Positions 26,074 through 39,350 are shown, counted from the first letter of the stretch. The stretch: DNA of 64,000 nucleotides from Octopus vulgaris (GCA_951406725.2 OX597824.1:98642001-98706000); one strand, 5' to 3'. Made by a program: numbers and translations. Notes: generated by a model not told the origin, from the sequence alone.

Positions 26074-26160
<87 letters not shown>
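26074..26160. repeat. (CTG)n trinucleotide microsatellite within CAA/CAT-rich low-complexity DNA
   Basis: Direct reading. Confidence 0.95.
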
Positions 26161-26162
<2 letters not shown>

Positions 26163-27289
26163 GTTGTAATTCTGTGATAAAAACCGACATTGTACTGGAT
26201 CACATCAGCTGCAAGCTTGCAACTGACATGTTTTGCAGACGATAAGATAATGACGTCAGAAAGAAGGGTTTGGATAATTGACCAATGAGAGGCCAGCATT
26301 TTGTAAACACGTGTTATCACTTCTTTCCCTGGGTTTTAGCTCAACTCTGCTTTTACTATGAAAAGATTCTGGATTTCTGTTGTGTGCACCTATATGTATA
26401 TATGTGTATATATGTATACTGAGTGTTGTGTGTACGGTGTGTATACGATGTGTAAAACGTCCATGCATGGACGTGTATGTTGTGAGTATATGCATGTGTG
26501 TGTGTGTGTGTGTGTGTATATACTGTTTGTAGTGTGTGTGCATTTTGTATATGCGTCGCATATGTATATGGCGTGTATGCATGTGTGTATATATGTGTAT
26601 GCGTGTGTATGTATGTGTGTGTGTGTTTGTGCGTGTGTGTTTGTGTGCGTGTGTACAAGTATGTGTTTGCGCGCACGCGCGTGCACGTGCGTAAATGCGC
26701 CAAATAGAAATCGCTAGGTCAAGGTTAGCAAAGATAGTAACAAGTTTAGTGATGATGACGGCGGCGGCGGTGGTGGCTGTAGGGGCGGCTGATGGTGGTG
26801 AGGAAGTGGTATCTGTGATTGCAGTGATGATGGTGATGATGATGATGATGATGATGATGATGGCGACGGCGACGAAGAATACAATGAATAAAACGATGAT
26901 GACAACGATGATGATGATGATGATGACGTCGTAATGATGTAGGTTTGGTGATGATGATAATGATGATGATGATGTTAGTGCAACGTGAAATGTGATATTT
27001 CTTGTCTATGGAAACCTTTACAGAACTGGTATAGTCATCGTGCTTGTGGTTGTTGTTCTTATTGTTTCCCGTTGCTATGGCTGCAGTAACCGTTGTTGTT
27101 GTTGTTGTCTTCGTCGCCGTCGTCGTCGTCATTAGGCGTTGTTCAGGGACTGAATCGGCAGAGCCTCAGGTAAACCGTTCAGTGTTGAATAACGAGTCTT
27201 TAACATTTCCGTTTGTTTCCGTTCTTCTTCGTGGTGGCGGCGATTCTGTCGATAAAATCGGTACCAGCCGTATATTGGTTCCATATTTT

Positions 27290-27483
27290 GGCACAGGGCC
27301 AGTAATTCCAGGAGAGAGGGTTAGGTCGATTACAGCAACCCCAGTTCTCAAATGGCACTTATTTTATCAACCCAGAAAGGGTAAACAGCAAAGTCGACTC
27401 TCGTGGAATCAGAACGTAAAAACGGATGAAATGCCGCCAAGTATTCAGCCCGGTGTGCCAACGATTCTGCCGACTTGCCGCCT
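27290..27483 (-). mobile_element. SINE family B
   Basis: gcaaagtcgactc...cagaacgtaaa...cccggtgtgccaacgattctgccgacttgccgcc. Confidence 0.8.
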
Positions 27484-28057
27484 TGTACCAGTTATATATT
27501 GGGGGATGACATTATTCACAGTGTTCAGCCACCAAATTTTGGCCTGTGCTTCAGGTGATAATTGGAATAATGATTATGATTTTTTATAAGACAGCGGACT
27601 CAATGAAGAAAAAGACAGCAGAAACTCCACACACGGTGGGAGAAGGTGGGGAAGGCGGGAAAGGCGAGGAAGGCGGGGAAGGCGGGGTATGACGTATAAA
27701 ATATAACAAAAGTAAGAAATAAAAAATTCAACCAAAAGAATTCCTCATTCAATAGAATAGCGGGGCTTAGATCAAATCAAGGTCTCACGAAACCCTCAAT
27801 AATCCTGACAAGGGCAAATGCCATCTCTCAGCTGTTGTTATTCCGCAGGTTTATGCTCACTGAAGGTCCAAACATATGCGCTGTATTCTCTCCTTTCAAT
27901 CAACATTTCAAAATATTTACTGGGAGGGGGGGGGCAGGAATCAGCACCACCTTCCCTTCTCACCTTCCTCTCCGAATGAAAACTGAAACGGCTGATGAAG
28001 GTTTGCCCGAAGGAGGAATGTTTTTGTCGGATGTCAGAATTATTAGAAATGAAGGAT

Positions 28058-28146
28058 AAACACATGCCCAAGATGCCATGCAGTGGGAATGAACCTGGAA
28101 CCATGTGGTTGGGGAACAAGCTTCTTATCATGCAACCACGATTACG
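28058..28146 (-). mobile_element. SINE family A head only
   Basis: gcccaagatgccatgcagtgggaatgaacctggaaccatgtggttgg. Confidence 0.7.
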
Positions 28147-29479
28147 CTTGTTTATAGTTCGAGTTTCGGCCGAATATTCAACACCACCACTGACACTACA
28201 ATGGTAGTTTTTGTCTGTAGCTCTGTTTAGCACCACTGTATGGTCTTTAGTGAAGTTCCATTAGTTATAAACATCGTGGTCGAGTCTCCAAGTTTCTTGA
28301 TAATTCGATGTATCGTCCTTCTCTTCCTTCCCTCTCTTCTCCCTCACCTTTTGCAATCTTTGCAAAAATTCTTTGACGCTGACCGTCCGGCAGCGCATAA
28401 ATAAATTTCACAAAATAAATTTCATCGTCTCTCTTGGTTAGATAAAATAAGCATCAGTCACGTACTCGGATCAATGTGTAGCATGAAAAAAAGAAGGTTC
28501 TTTCAGTACCCAAATATACTGTGAAAGAGAAGGAGAACGTCTGAGTCTAACCTCAGAAATTCGCTATACTCAAAGTCATTTCTCGAACTGAAACACAGTG
28601 AGTCAGTGTCTGCAGACTCGGAATAACTCTCACGAATCAAACACATCAAAATGAGTTGATTTGCGCCAAACTAGTTTAGTATAAGGTTGGAAACAAGAGC
28701 TTGATTCAAGCAGAAAAACCTGATTGTTTTACAATTTGGCAACCAGAGACAATCCAATGCTTCAGGTGGTTCATTTGCAACTAAGATAAGTCACTGACAA
28801 TGACGTCAAGCTGAATCAGGAAACGACAGTAAAGAGGTTTGGTATGAATACCAATTTCGTTTCGGTCGTATCTTTTCAGCTGCCACTGTACTTTGCCCAG
28901 GAAATATCTACTCTTTCACTTCCAGTAGAAGGAACATGTTTTATCATTCAGAAGTTGTTGTTGTTGTTGTTGTTGTTGTTGTTATTGTTGTTGTTATTCA
29001 GGTCAGGGAGGCCTTGAAATATTGTAACAGACAATGAACAAACTGTACGAGTCTATTGTAAGTTTTTTTCTTGTCTTCCTCTGTCGTTTATGTCTGGGCT
29101 TTCATGTAAGACGTGGTGCGGTCAAAGATAGGGAAAAGACTGTCGACATGGAAGTTTCTCTTCACACGAAGAGGAAGATAATTAAAGAGAAGAGAAAGAG
29201 AGGAGGGCGAGAGGAGAAAGAGAGGAGAAAGAGAGGAGGGCGAGAAAGTCTTATCCTCCAAGAAATATTATAAAATGACGGGTATAAAAGTCTTGAAATT
29301 TTTTCTTTCTATTAGAAGCCCAAACTTCAGTTTCGGTCGTTGGTTCTGGCAAGGACAGGGAATGTGTATAAGGACGGGGGTAACCAGGGTTTTGCAATGC
29401 CCTTTTCTTCTAAACATTCGCTGTGCACCATGGAATACATGCAACATTTTGTTGTTTCTACTATATCGACTGTAACCTA

Positions 29480-29640
29480 CGTACAATTAGCGAGTATTTA
29501 CGATCGGGAGGTTGTGATTTCGATTCTCAGACCGATTACGCGTCGTGTTCTTGAGCAAAACGCTTCATTTCACGTTGCCTCAGTCTACTCAGCTGCAAAT
29601 GAGTCACCCCTGCAACACACTAGCCCTTCCAGTCAAGAGT
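29480..29640 (+). mobile_element. SINE sharing the family C head and central domain
   Basis: ttcgattctc...gtgttcttgagcaaaacgcttcatttcacgttgcctcagtctactcagctg. Confidence 0.55.
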
Positions 29641-29662
29641 GAATAATAGTAATGATGATGAT

Positions 29663-29663
29663 G

Positions 29664-29745
<82 letters not shown>

Positions 29746-29757
29746 TAATAATAATAA
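29663..29757. repeat. (TAA)n array
   Basis: Direct reading; flanks a Dong-like insertion. Confidence 0.95.
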
Positions 29758-30235
29758 GGATTGGATACTTTTCAAAGATCCTGTGGGATTTTATGATTTA
29801 GCTGCGACCATGAGATAGGGAATAGGAAGCAAGACATAGTGTTAATTGAGAAAGAAAGCAAACGATGCTGGATCATAGATATGGCATGCCCAACTAACAA
29901 CAAGGTATGCGATAAAGAAGAAAGGGAAGTCGATAGATATGACAGGTGAGTTTGGAAGATTAAGCAGTTGTGGTCACTGAAAAAGGTGGTAGTAGTACCA
30001 ATAAGTGTCTGAGCCCTGGGAACAGTGAGTAAAAATCATGAGAAGTACAGAAGAATAGGGGCTGTAATAAGTGTGGAGCGCTTGCAGAAAAGAGCACTGC
30101 TTGGAACCGCTCGAATACTCCGGATAGGGCTCGAAAAATAAGGGTTGTTACATTAGTTCACTGGTAGTGAACAGCTGACACTGTAGTAAATCTCCAGCGT
30201 TAGAAGATTTGCAAAGACAATAAATAATAATAATA
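29758..30235 (+). mobile_element. R4/Dong-like LINE 3' fragment (REL endonuclease) between (TAA)n tracts
   Basis: KILWDF..CDHEIGNRKQDIVLIEKESKRCWIIDMACP...VVVVPISV*ALGTV...LQKRALLGTARIL; ends aataataataat. Confidence 0.85.
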
Positions 30236-30674
30236 GCTCAATACCACAGATTTGCTTGTCAGTTGTTTGACCTTAACCAGTTGAGCATGTCCCTTAGTGG
30301 CTGACGATATGTGCATCTCTGATCACAAGCAGAAATAGTGGGGGAGCATCATAGCCATGTGTTGAGAGGGATTCTTTGGGATTTGAATAATTCACCTCTG
30401 GAGACATGGGTGGTTTTTTCAACATCCTTAAACAACCCTTATTCAGGGACCGTTTGAGCAGGATGGGCTACTCAACCTGAAGAAAATTCTAACTGGGACC
30501 CACCTGCAAGGTCATGTGCAGTTTATCTTGATATGAGATCACCATGTCGCGCACATATGGTTGTGATGCATGTGCCTGGTGTGCCCTTATCAGACGGGTA
30601 GTCATGATGGGTATATTGGGCTTCGTATATTTTACCCCAGTGTCACTTTGATGGCATGAACTGCTCTCTCACTC

Positions 30675-30675
<1 letters not shown>
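30236..30675 (+). mobile_element. Unclassified retroposon 3' segment ending in (AAT)n
   Basis: Complex sequence bounded by TAA tracts on both sides; no ORF recognised. Confidence 0.4.
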
Positions 30676-30754
<79 letters not shown>

Positions 30755-30764
30755 TAACAACAAC

Positions 30765-30870
30765 AATACCTGTTGTCATAGGTGCCCCAGGAATGATAGC
30801 AAAAGGGGCTGATTGCTACCTAGCTCAGATAACAGGAAGCCCCAAAATGGCAGAAATTCAAAAGACTCAA
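30765..30870 (+). mobile_element. R4/Dong-like LINE short C-terminal fragment
   Basis: IPVVIGAPGMIAKGADCYLAQITGSPKMAEIQK directly after (AAT)n. Confidence 0.7.
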
Positions 30871-32070
30871 GTCTGTATCGTTTTTGTTTATTTTTAAAAT
30901 TCCAGCAAACAATATTCATTCTCAATATCTTCTGCAAGATTCGAACGTGAATATCTGGTTGCTGTTGTTCTTCGTCAATGGAACACGCCTCGACCTCCTT
31001 GAGCTCCGGGTAGGTAAAAACGATCTACGTCTGCCTTTGGGTGGTGCATCTTATTGCAAGTCAGCAGCTTACGGATTTTCCTGACAATCTTCGTTATTTC
31101 GCTCATATTCCAGTTCAAACATACTGGAACTATAAATAACAACAGGAACTGCTAAGGAATTTATGGCTAATACCTTGTTACGTGCATTTACCTCGGATTT
31201 TAGGACTGCTCGAACTCTCTTGTAACATTCCTTCCTGATCTTCTCTTTCATCCTTGCATGTTGAATGCCAGACTTCTCATTTATTCCGAGGAATTTGTAA
31301 GTTTGTTCCTGCTCGAGTCAACATCCAACACCACTGAATCTGAAGTCTTCAGTTTCCCTTCCTGGAAAGTGACCTTGGCACACTTATTCAGATCAAATTT
31401 CATCCTGATGTCATCACTGATTGCTTTCACAGTATGTAGTAGACCTTCAAGCTCATTATCGTCTTTGCCATAGAGTTTTAAGTCATCCATATAAAATAGA
31501 TAACTTATTTTCTTGTCGCCAATTTTATATTCATACTCTGTTCTGTTAAATTGACTTGTAAGGGGTATTATGCAAAAAATTAAAGATGAAAATGAGTCAC
31601 CTTGGAAAATACCGCAGTTGATACTAATATTTTTTTGTGGTCAATACTCCATTATAGTGGTAAAACTGGGGATTCGTATTCCACACTGACATGTTGTTCT
31701 TCAGGAATTTCGAAATCACAGGAGAAATTTTGAAGATATCCAGGCGGAACTGAGATTTTTGCATTTGTTATGACATTTCTCAAGGACCATGCGAGTGATT
31801 AAGAGTTGGTCTTTGTATGAGCCTCGTCGGCACCCTTTTTATTCAATGGGGAAAATATCGTTCTGTTCCATAAATTTGTATGTTTTCTCCACGAGGATGG
31901 ATGTTAAACTTTTATACTTGGTAAATAGACATGCTATGGGCCAATAGTTTTGTGGATATTTGGTTTCATTATTCTTCGAGAATAGGTAAGTAATACCTCT
32001 TACTAACAAGTCAGGTGTTTAGGTAGGACCTCTCATAATTTCATTGAATAAGTGGAGTAACTTTTCGTGT
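30871..32070 (-). mobile_element. R4/Dong-like LINE reverse-transcriptase core, decayed
   Basis: YWPIACL..YK; KGCRRGS.KDQLLI; GIFQGDS.S.L.FC; YMDDLKLY; NKVLAINSLAVPVVIYS. Confidence 0.88.
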
Positions 32071-32074
32071 GCTT

Positions 32075-33336
32075 ACAGGGGTGAGGCGAGCCAGAAATTT
32101 GGCACCCTATCATTACAGGAGGGATTTCCACTTAAGAGCCTTGAAAATGTTCTGCGTAGGATGTGTGCAGTGCCCAGTAGTGCAATTTTCTGTATGTTAT
32201 ATGTGTTTGTAAGTCCTGGTGTTTTTGTTATGTATTTGTCTGAATTTTTTTTTATCATACCTAATGCCCCTACTATGATAGGAATTTTTCTGTTTTTAGA
32301 TTCCACATTCTGGTTACCTCTATTTCCAGGTCTTTGTATTTTGAGAGTTTCTCCATTTCTTTTAGAGACACGTTGTCATCTGTCGGTATTGATACATCAA
32401 TTAGAAAGCATTTTTTTTCTTCATGATCTCTGACAACTATATCTGGTCTGTTGGCCTTAATTTCTCTATCTGTGTGTATTGGCATATCCCAGAGTATGGT
32501 TGCTTTCTCGTTTTCTGTTGCCTTTTCTGGTGTGTGCCTATACCATCTTTTTTCTGTTGTTATTCCATAATGTTGGCATAGCTTCCAATGTATGTAGGTT
32601 CCAACTCTGTCATGTCTGTGAATATATTCCTTCTTAGCCAGGACTGGGCAGCCAGAGATAATATGATTTATTGTTTCTTGTCCATCTCCACATATTCTGC
32701 AGTTACTTGTAATATTTCTTTTCATTACATGTTTTTGGTAATTTCTGGTGGAGAGGCTTTGGTCTTGTGCTGCAATTAAAAATCCATCTGTCTATGCTTT
32801 GAGTCCTCAACTTCTCAACTATTGCTGGAATTTTTCTTTGTCTATTTCTTTTGCATTTAGTTTAGTCCAGTATTTGCTATGAGGGGACTTTTTTTGCCAT
32901 CGTTTTATCATGGTCCGTTGCTGTTCTAGTTTTAGTTTGGATTTCATTTGTTTTATAGCTTTCGTTGTTTTCTTCTTCTTCTTCTTCTTCTTCTTCTTCT
33001 TCTTCTTCTTCTTCTTCTTCTTCTTCTTCTTCTTCTTCTTCTTCTTCTTCTTCTTCTTCTTCTTCTTCTTCTTCTTCTTCTTCTTCATATTTGTTAGGTG
33101 GTATGATTTCTTGTTTGTATTTGTCAACTTCCTTAAATACTGAGAACAGTTTTTTGTTTTGCTCGTGTTTTGCTGCTATTTGTATCAGTTTTCCTTGCTT
33201 CTGAAGTAGGTATTTTTGCAGTCCTATGGTGGTTATTTTATAATAGTTTTCCAGCTTTATAAGGCCTCTACCACTTTCAATACGTTGTATATATAGCCTG
33301 GCCTCTACCACCTTCTATACGTTGTATATATAGCCT
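32075..33336 (-). mobile_element. Second R4/Dong-like LINE family, 3' half with CCHC and REL endonuclease
   Basis: RLYIQRIESGRGL; CRICGDGQETINHIISGC..RHD; ILWDMPIHTDREIKANRPDIV..LIDVSIP; IPIIVGALG..IQKIALLGTAHILR; 5' junction at a (TAA)n tract. Confidence 0.92.
32970..33086. repeat. (TTC)n/(GAA)n expansion inside the LINE ORF
   Basis: About 39 units, read as poly-Glu in the LINE frame. Confidence 0.95.
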
Positions 33337-33389
33337 TTATTATTATTATTATAATTATTATTATTCATTTCACTTCCCATAGCTATCGA

Positions 33390-33391
<2 letters not shown>

Positions 33392-33484
<93 letters not shown>

Positions 33485-33730
33485 TCGCTAATGCCTGCTA
33501 ATTTAGTTAACAGCTATTTTATTTTGAGATTTGGCGACAAGTCTCCGCTAATCTCAAGAATCTCTCCTGGGATTCTTGCAGAATATGGAATGGTACTTTT
33601 CTGATGGTCGACAATGCGAGTTTTAATTCCAATTTCTTTCAGGTAGCAGTTTAGGTATTGTGCCAAGCGCACCTATTTCTACAGGAATAAATGTTACCTT
33701 GGCCTTCCACAGTCTCCTCAGTTCTCTGCT
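33392..33730 (-). mobile_element. R4/Dong-like LINE 3' end with (TAA)n tail (33392-33483)
   Basis: Minus-strand ELRRLWKAKVTFIPVEIGALGT...YLKEIGI...YSARI. Confidence 0.75.
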
Positions 33731-33734
33731 GGCC

Positions 33735-36660
33735 GACAGTCAGACAAGCCACGGTTGACTTCGGTTCAGTAATTTTTGTAAACAAATCGAGTATAAATCA
33801 CGATAAAGTGTTGCATTCAGTTTTGGAAATTACGCCATCTTGGAAAAGGAGTTGTTTAGCTTAACTCGCCCATTGAGTAGGGGACGTCTCGGTTTAAGTT
33901 TTTGTTTTCTCCCTGCATGGGGAAAATATCAGACGATACAGAGAAAATGGAGAGAGTGAGGAGCGTTTCCAGAACGCAGCGGAAGAGTCTGTGAGGCGGG
34001 GGCGACGAGTTATGTCGCTGCTTTAGAATCAGATGACAGTATAAATTTCAACAACAATAATTTTGAAAATAAACAAATATTGGGAAATTAAAAATTTTGC
34101 TATCTTCGAGAATGGCCCTTGAGAATTCTTCGTGGCAAAACGCGAAGACTGCGCTGTCAGAGTTAAGGTCCGTGCGTTCAGACATGAAGTAACTCAAGCC
34201 GTACGATGGGCCCTAACAGTAGGAACACGACGTGGCAACAAAACCGCGATCAGGTCTTTGACCGCGCGAAACGGGCACGTGCTACTCGATTCCGAGTAGA
34301 CGTGTGCAGCTTGTCAGCAGCACTTTGCACAACTGTTCGAAGAGGGCTGGGTCAGTGACTGAAATGTTTCATACCTAAACGACCTGCCGCAGTTCTCGGC
34401 AGTCGATGCGAAATTCTGCGAAAAGTTGATAACGGCCGCTGAAATACGCGGGTTGACGAGCGGTTCCACAAATTTCAAATGGCCTGGTTTGGATGACCGT
34501 CTACCGTAACAGCAGAACGGGAGAAAATTCCTAGTGCTTTTAGTCAGGGTGTGATAACGCTGCTGAGAAAGGATGCCTACAATGGCATGCTAGGGAATTT
34601 TCGACCCATAACTCTACTAAACACAAAGTTTAAGATGTTGACCAAAGTATTCGCAAAAAGGTTGGTGCTTGTCGTCGGTAGTCTGGCCGGAGAAGTGCGA
34701 ACATGCACGATCCCAAATATGTCTTTCCACAACAACTTCCACCTTGTGTGATACATAATAAAGAGAGCAGGTTCGAAAACTGGCTTCGGTGAGGCCCAGA
34801 TCAATTTTATATCAGTCTAAAGCGTTCGATAGCGTCGACCATCTTTACTTGGAAGCCGTCCAGAAATTGGCCGGGTTCGGACCCGTTTACAGGGGCTGGA
34901 TCGCAGAAATGTACAGCGGCACCTGCTCGGTGGTCAAAGTAAACAGCTATCTATCGGAACCGTTTCACATCGTACGCTCAGTCCGTCCGGACTGCCCGCT
35001 CTCGCTTCTTCTGTACGTGCTGGCTCTCGAGCCATTGTTGCGGAAGTTGGAACAGTTGAGGAGCATCTCAATCGAAGTGGGACTCGGGTGGGCTGTATCG
35101 ACGTACACCTTTCGAAATGAATATGAACCGCTGACAGAGGCCAGGATCAACGCAAATAAATCCGTAGGCTTATGGTTGGCCACCTGGAGAGGCAGGTCCA
35201 TACCATCGGACGGTGTTGTTGGATGCTGAACTGACGAAGCAATTAAACTACTCGGAATCTAGTTTGGTCCCGACCTCCAGGTGAATAAGAATGGATGACC
35301 AACAGGGTGACCAGACTTACCCAGAAATGGGCAGAGAGGAAGCCACCCTTGAAAAGGCAGGCAGAGGAGGCGAAGGGCCTTCATTGCTGCCGTTATTATT
35401 TATCGCCTGACAATCATGCTTTGCCCCAGCTACGGCTTCATCAGGATGAAGCGTCTGTTATTTATTTTCTTGTAGATGAGTCGTGTCCCAATGCTCAGAC
35501 AGGTAGTCTGCTGCCAGCATCCTTTGCGTAGCAGCTTAAGCATTTCCTGTTGCTGAGATGTGCAGGCGCACTCTTAGGCTGCAACCACCTGCAGAAATTA
35601 CAAATCAGTGATCGTGTGTTGGCGCCGTTCACGAGGCACGTCTCTCTCGAGCTCATCCCCTTGACGGAACTGCAGTCCTGGATGAAGGAAAGACCGAGAA
35701 TGGGCGCCTGGTACCTAGAATGTCGTCAAGCGCTCACGGCCCTTTACCAGTCGAGCAATGGGATCGGTGGGTGTTCCAGTTCAGCAATATATAGAGGATT
35801 AGGAGCGAGGAAATGGGACGACGTTCCTGAGGAGACTCTAGGCGACAGGATGGAGACGATAATGAACTGGCTAGTCTGTTCCAGAGGACTTTCCAGTCGT
35901 GGACTATCGTAGATAATATCCGGGAATTCCTGTCCCGGCGGTGCTATTAAGAGACTCTGTCGGTTCGACATAAACTCTATAGCTACGGCCTTGTCCGTGA
36001 TGCCCGAAGAGTAACGAAGCAGTTCTGCATGCACTCGTTCAATGTCCGGGCATTGCTAACTTGTGGGGTTATGTCTAACATCTATCGTTGTCTGTAGGAC
36101 TGACCCGTCAGTCGGCCAAGTCCACAGTGAAGACTGCCCCACCCGCTTCCTTTAAGGTAAGGTAGCTTTTCTTTGTCTCGTGGCTATTACAACAGAAATT
36201 ATCTGGTGGGCGAATCTGAAAGGTCAGAGGTCAAAGACATTCCTCTTTAATAAAGCCTTCATCGACTTTTTCAAGTTTTACTTGAAAAGGACAGTGAGGG
36301 TAGGGAGGGGTTGCTATCCTCGACTGAACAAAAATGGCAAAAGTGTATAAAACTATGAGTTGGAGAACAAGAAATGGAAAGGGTACTTATCCTTGGTGTT
36401 CAGGGACATATTGGAGGATGGGGTTCCTCAGCTCGCCCTAGAGGTCCTCCTGTATCAAAATGGACCCATCGTCTTTTACTCTTTTTTCTTTTTTTTTTTT
36501 TACTGATATATACAATGTGTGCTTCTTTCTCATATTTTTAATGTTGACCGTCAATTCGTTTTATTTTCTTATTTCATTCTGTATAAATTCCACATTTTAT
36601 GTCTGCCTTTGCAATGTCCCCTCTCAGCCGTCGTCCTGGTAGCAAATAAAAGAAATTACT
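33735..36660 (+). mobile_element. L1/Tx1-clade LINE remnant (ORF2 RT and C-terminus, about 34100-36330)
   Basis: ITLLRK..GNFRPITLLNTKFKMLTKVFAKRL; QSKAFDSVDH; SVRPDCPLSLLLYVLALEPLL; 3' aataaa then (ATT)n; 5' boundary uncertain. Confidence 0.85.
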
Positions 36661-36706
36661 ATTATTATCATCATCATTAACATCATCATCATCATTATTA
36701 ATATTA

Positions 36707-36752
<46 letters not shown>

Positions 36753-36844
36753 GCACAATAGAATCTGTAAAGAACCGACTAAATTACTTTGAATTTAGTC
36801 ACACACATTGACAGTATGGAAAGAAAGAAAGAAAGAAAGAATAA

Positions 36845-36899
<55 letters not shown>

Positions 36900-37433
36900 G
36901 AAAGGGAGGGAGGCAGGCAGACAGACAGAGAAAGAGAGAAGGAAAAGTGAAGAAATGATGAGTTTATAACAATAGAGAGACGAACGAAATGAAGTGTAAA
37001 ATGGAAAGTGAAAGTAGAGTTAGAGAGGGAGAAGAAAGAGGAGGAGAGAGATGCCAGGTAATGAGGGGACTGATGGGTAATGTGAGGGGGGAAGGAAGAG
37101 TAAGTGAGGGAAAATGACAGAGGGAGAAGGAAGAGAGAAAGGAAATAAGGAGGGCGTAACCTGAGAGATAAAGTGACGTGTTTGTTATTACCTACTCTTA
37201 TCTCTCTCTCTCACTCTCTCACACTCCCCCTCTCTCTCTCTTACACACACACATGCGCACACATACATACCTATATCTATGTACGTGCGTATGCAGTGTG
37301 TGCAGTATGTGTGTATATGTGTGTGTATGAATGTATGTATATGAATGTATGTATGTAAAATCTGTGTACATACTTAACGTCTACTAGCATACTATATATG
37401 TGTGTGTGTCTGTATATATATACATATATATAC

Positions 37434-37539
<106 letters not shown>

Positions 37540-37567
37540 GTATATATATATGTATATATATAATATA

Positions 37568-37612
<45 letters not shown>

Positions 37613-37934
37613 ACATATATATATACACGATGTGTATATGCAAGTGTGTTTGTATGTTTACAATGACTTAATCACCTAATTCACGTGTATCTATGGGTGT
37701 AGAATAATTTACATGTATAAATGCGTACATACATACTCACACACACACAAATACATACATAATTTGACACAGTTATACACGCTGCGTGCCTGAGTGTATA
37801 CAGCAGCTATGGCAGTGTTATCTAACAGAAGTCTACCTCTACGCACGCGCCATACACACACGGCCATGTGACTGTATGCACCACTGTAGTGTACTACAAT
37901 CCAATAGATTCTGTTAAGCTTGACCTTCAGTTTG

Positions 37935-37966
37935 TGACGTGGCGTCTTCTCATTGGCTCATCCAAT
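37935..37966 (-). promoter_or_regulatory. Exact ERSE (CCAAT-N9-CCACG) overlapping a UPRE (TGACGTGG), plus a second CCAAT
   Basis: + strand TGACGTGG-cgtcttctc-ATTGGct; minus strand agCCAATgagaagacgCCACGtca. Confidence 0.45.
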
Positions 37967-38680
37967 ACAACTTGTTGCTTTAAACTGTTTTACAAGTGAA
38001 AAAAAGACAAAACTGAAATACACGCACGCGCATAATTACACACACACACATACACACACACGCACATAGATACATTTACTCGTACGCATACACACACACA
38101 CATAATATATGTGTGCATATATACAAATATATATATATAATGTGTGTGTATATATATATATATATATATACTGTTGTGTCTGGGGAGAGTCATTTTCTTT
38201 TTGTGCCTTATTTCCAAAAACGAAATATATATATATATAATGTGTATATATATGCATTTATATATATGTGCACGTGCATGCATACGTACGCACATTGATG
38301 TGTTTATGTGCATACATAGTGCGAAACACACAGCGACACTGATGTAAGTCTGCATGTACAGCCATACGCGTATGCATTGCTGCTCGTCCGTGTGTCTACC
38401 GATGTCTACCTGGTCACAGAGCCATACGTGTATTGAATCGTGCATGCATCTATGCGCACCTGCATAGAACAGCGCATGCAGGCGTGTACACATCTACATC
38501 ATTATGCATGCATATGGGTATACAGGCACACAGCGTGACATGCAGACACACGTGCGTGTGTTAATACATGTTTAGACATGCGCAGTAATGACATTTGATA
38601 TGCCCTCACACACACGCACGCACATATACACATACACATACTAACACGTGTAAATACACTATCTCCCATAAAATCCACAG

Positions 38681-38720
<40 letters not shown>

Positions 38721-38991
38721 CCGCACACGCACACTCCTCCGCGAGTATACATAGAGGGTGCGGTGAAAGAAAAACCGGCTCAGATTCATTAATCTTGATA
38801 AACATTTCTAAAGAAACACACTTGTTGTGCATCAGTTGAATCTATGAGGACAAATGAAAAGCAAACGGTGAAGCATTGGCTATTTGACCTTCCTGTCAAT
38901 CAACGGATTCGCTTTCTTAGCAGCGCTTTCACACAGAAAAACAGGGAAGGTGGGGGTTTTTTTCTGCTGCACCTTCTACATTTCTCCATTT

Positions 38992-39068
<77 letters not shown>

Positions 39069-39152
39069 AAATGAATCCTCCGTCGGTTTCAACGATGAGT
39101 AGTCTAGCTGTTGGATCAACAGTTCGGCGTATTTATTGTGTTTTAAAGTAAA

Positions 39153-39350
39153 TTGGCGAGATGGGAGAACCGTTAGCGCGCCGGACAAAATGCTTAGTGG
39201 TTCATCGTTCGTCTTTACTTTCTGACATCAAAATCCGCCGGAGTCGATTTTGCCTTTCATTTTTCCTGGATCAATAAGTACTAGTTGGTAGTAGGGGTCG
39301 ATGTAATCGACTTACCCCCGTCTCGCAAAACTGCTGACCTCGTGTCTGCA
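39153..39350 (+). mobile_element. SINE family B (preceded by a family C tail at 39077-39140)
   Basis: ggcgagatgggagaaccgttagcgcgccggacaaaatgcttag...gcctttcat...ggggtcgatgtaatcgactt. Confidence 0.82.

Noticed and set aside
25819-27132. Poly-Ala/Ser/Cys/His/Met ORFs
   Set aside because: (CTG)n and (GAT)n tracts are open in several frames, and the flanks are not protein-like
27636-27687. G-rich 9-10 bp repeats (ggggaaggc) as a G-quadruplex element
   Set aside because: Short low-complexity repeat with no functional context
27992-28015. CTGATGA-aggtttgccc-GAAG
   Set aside because: GAAA broken; no stem III or cleavage triplet
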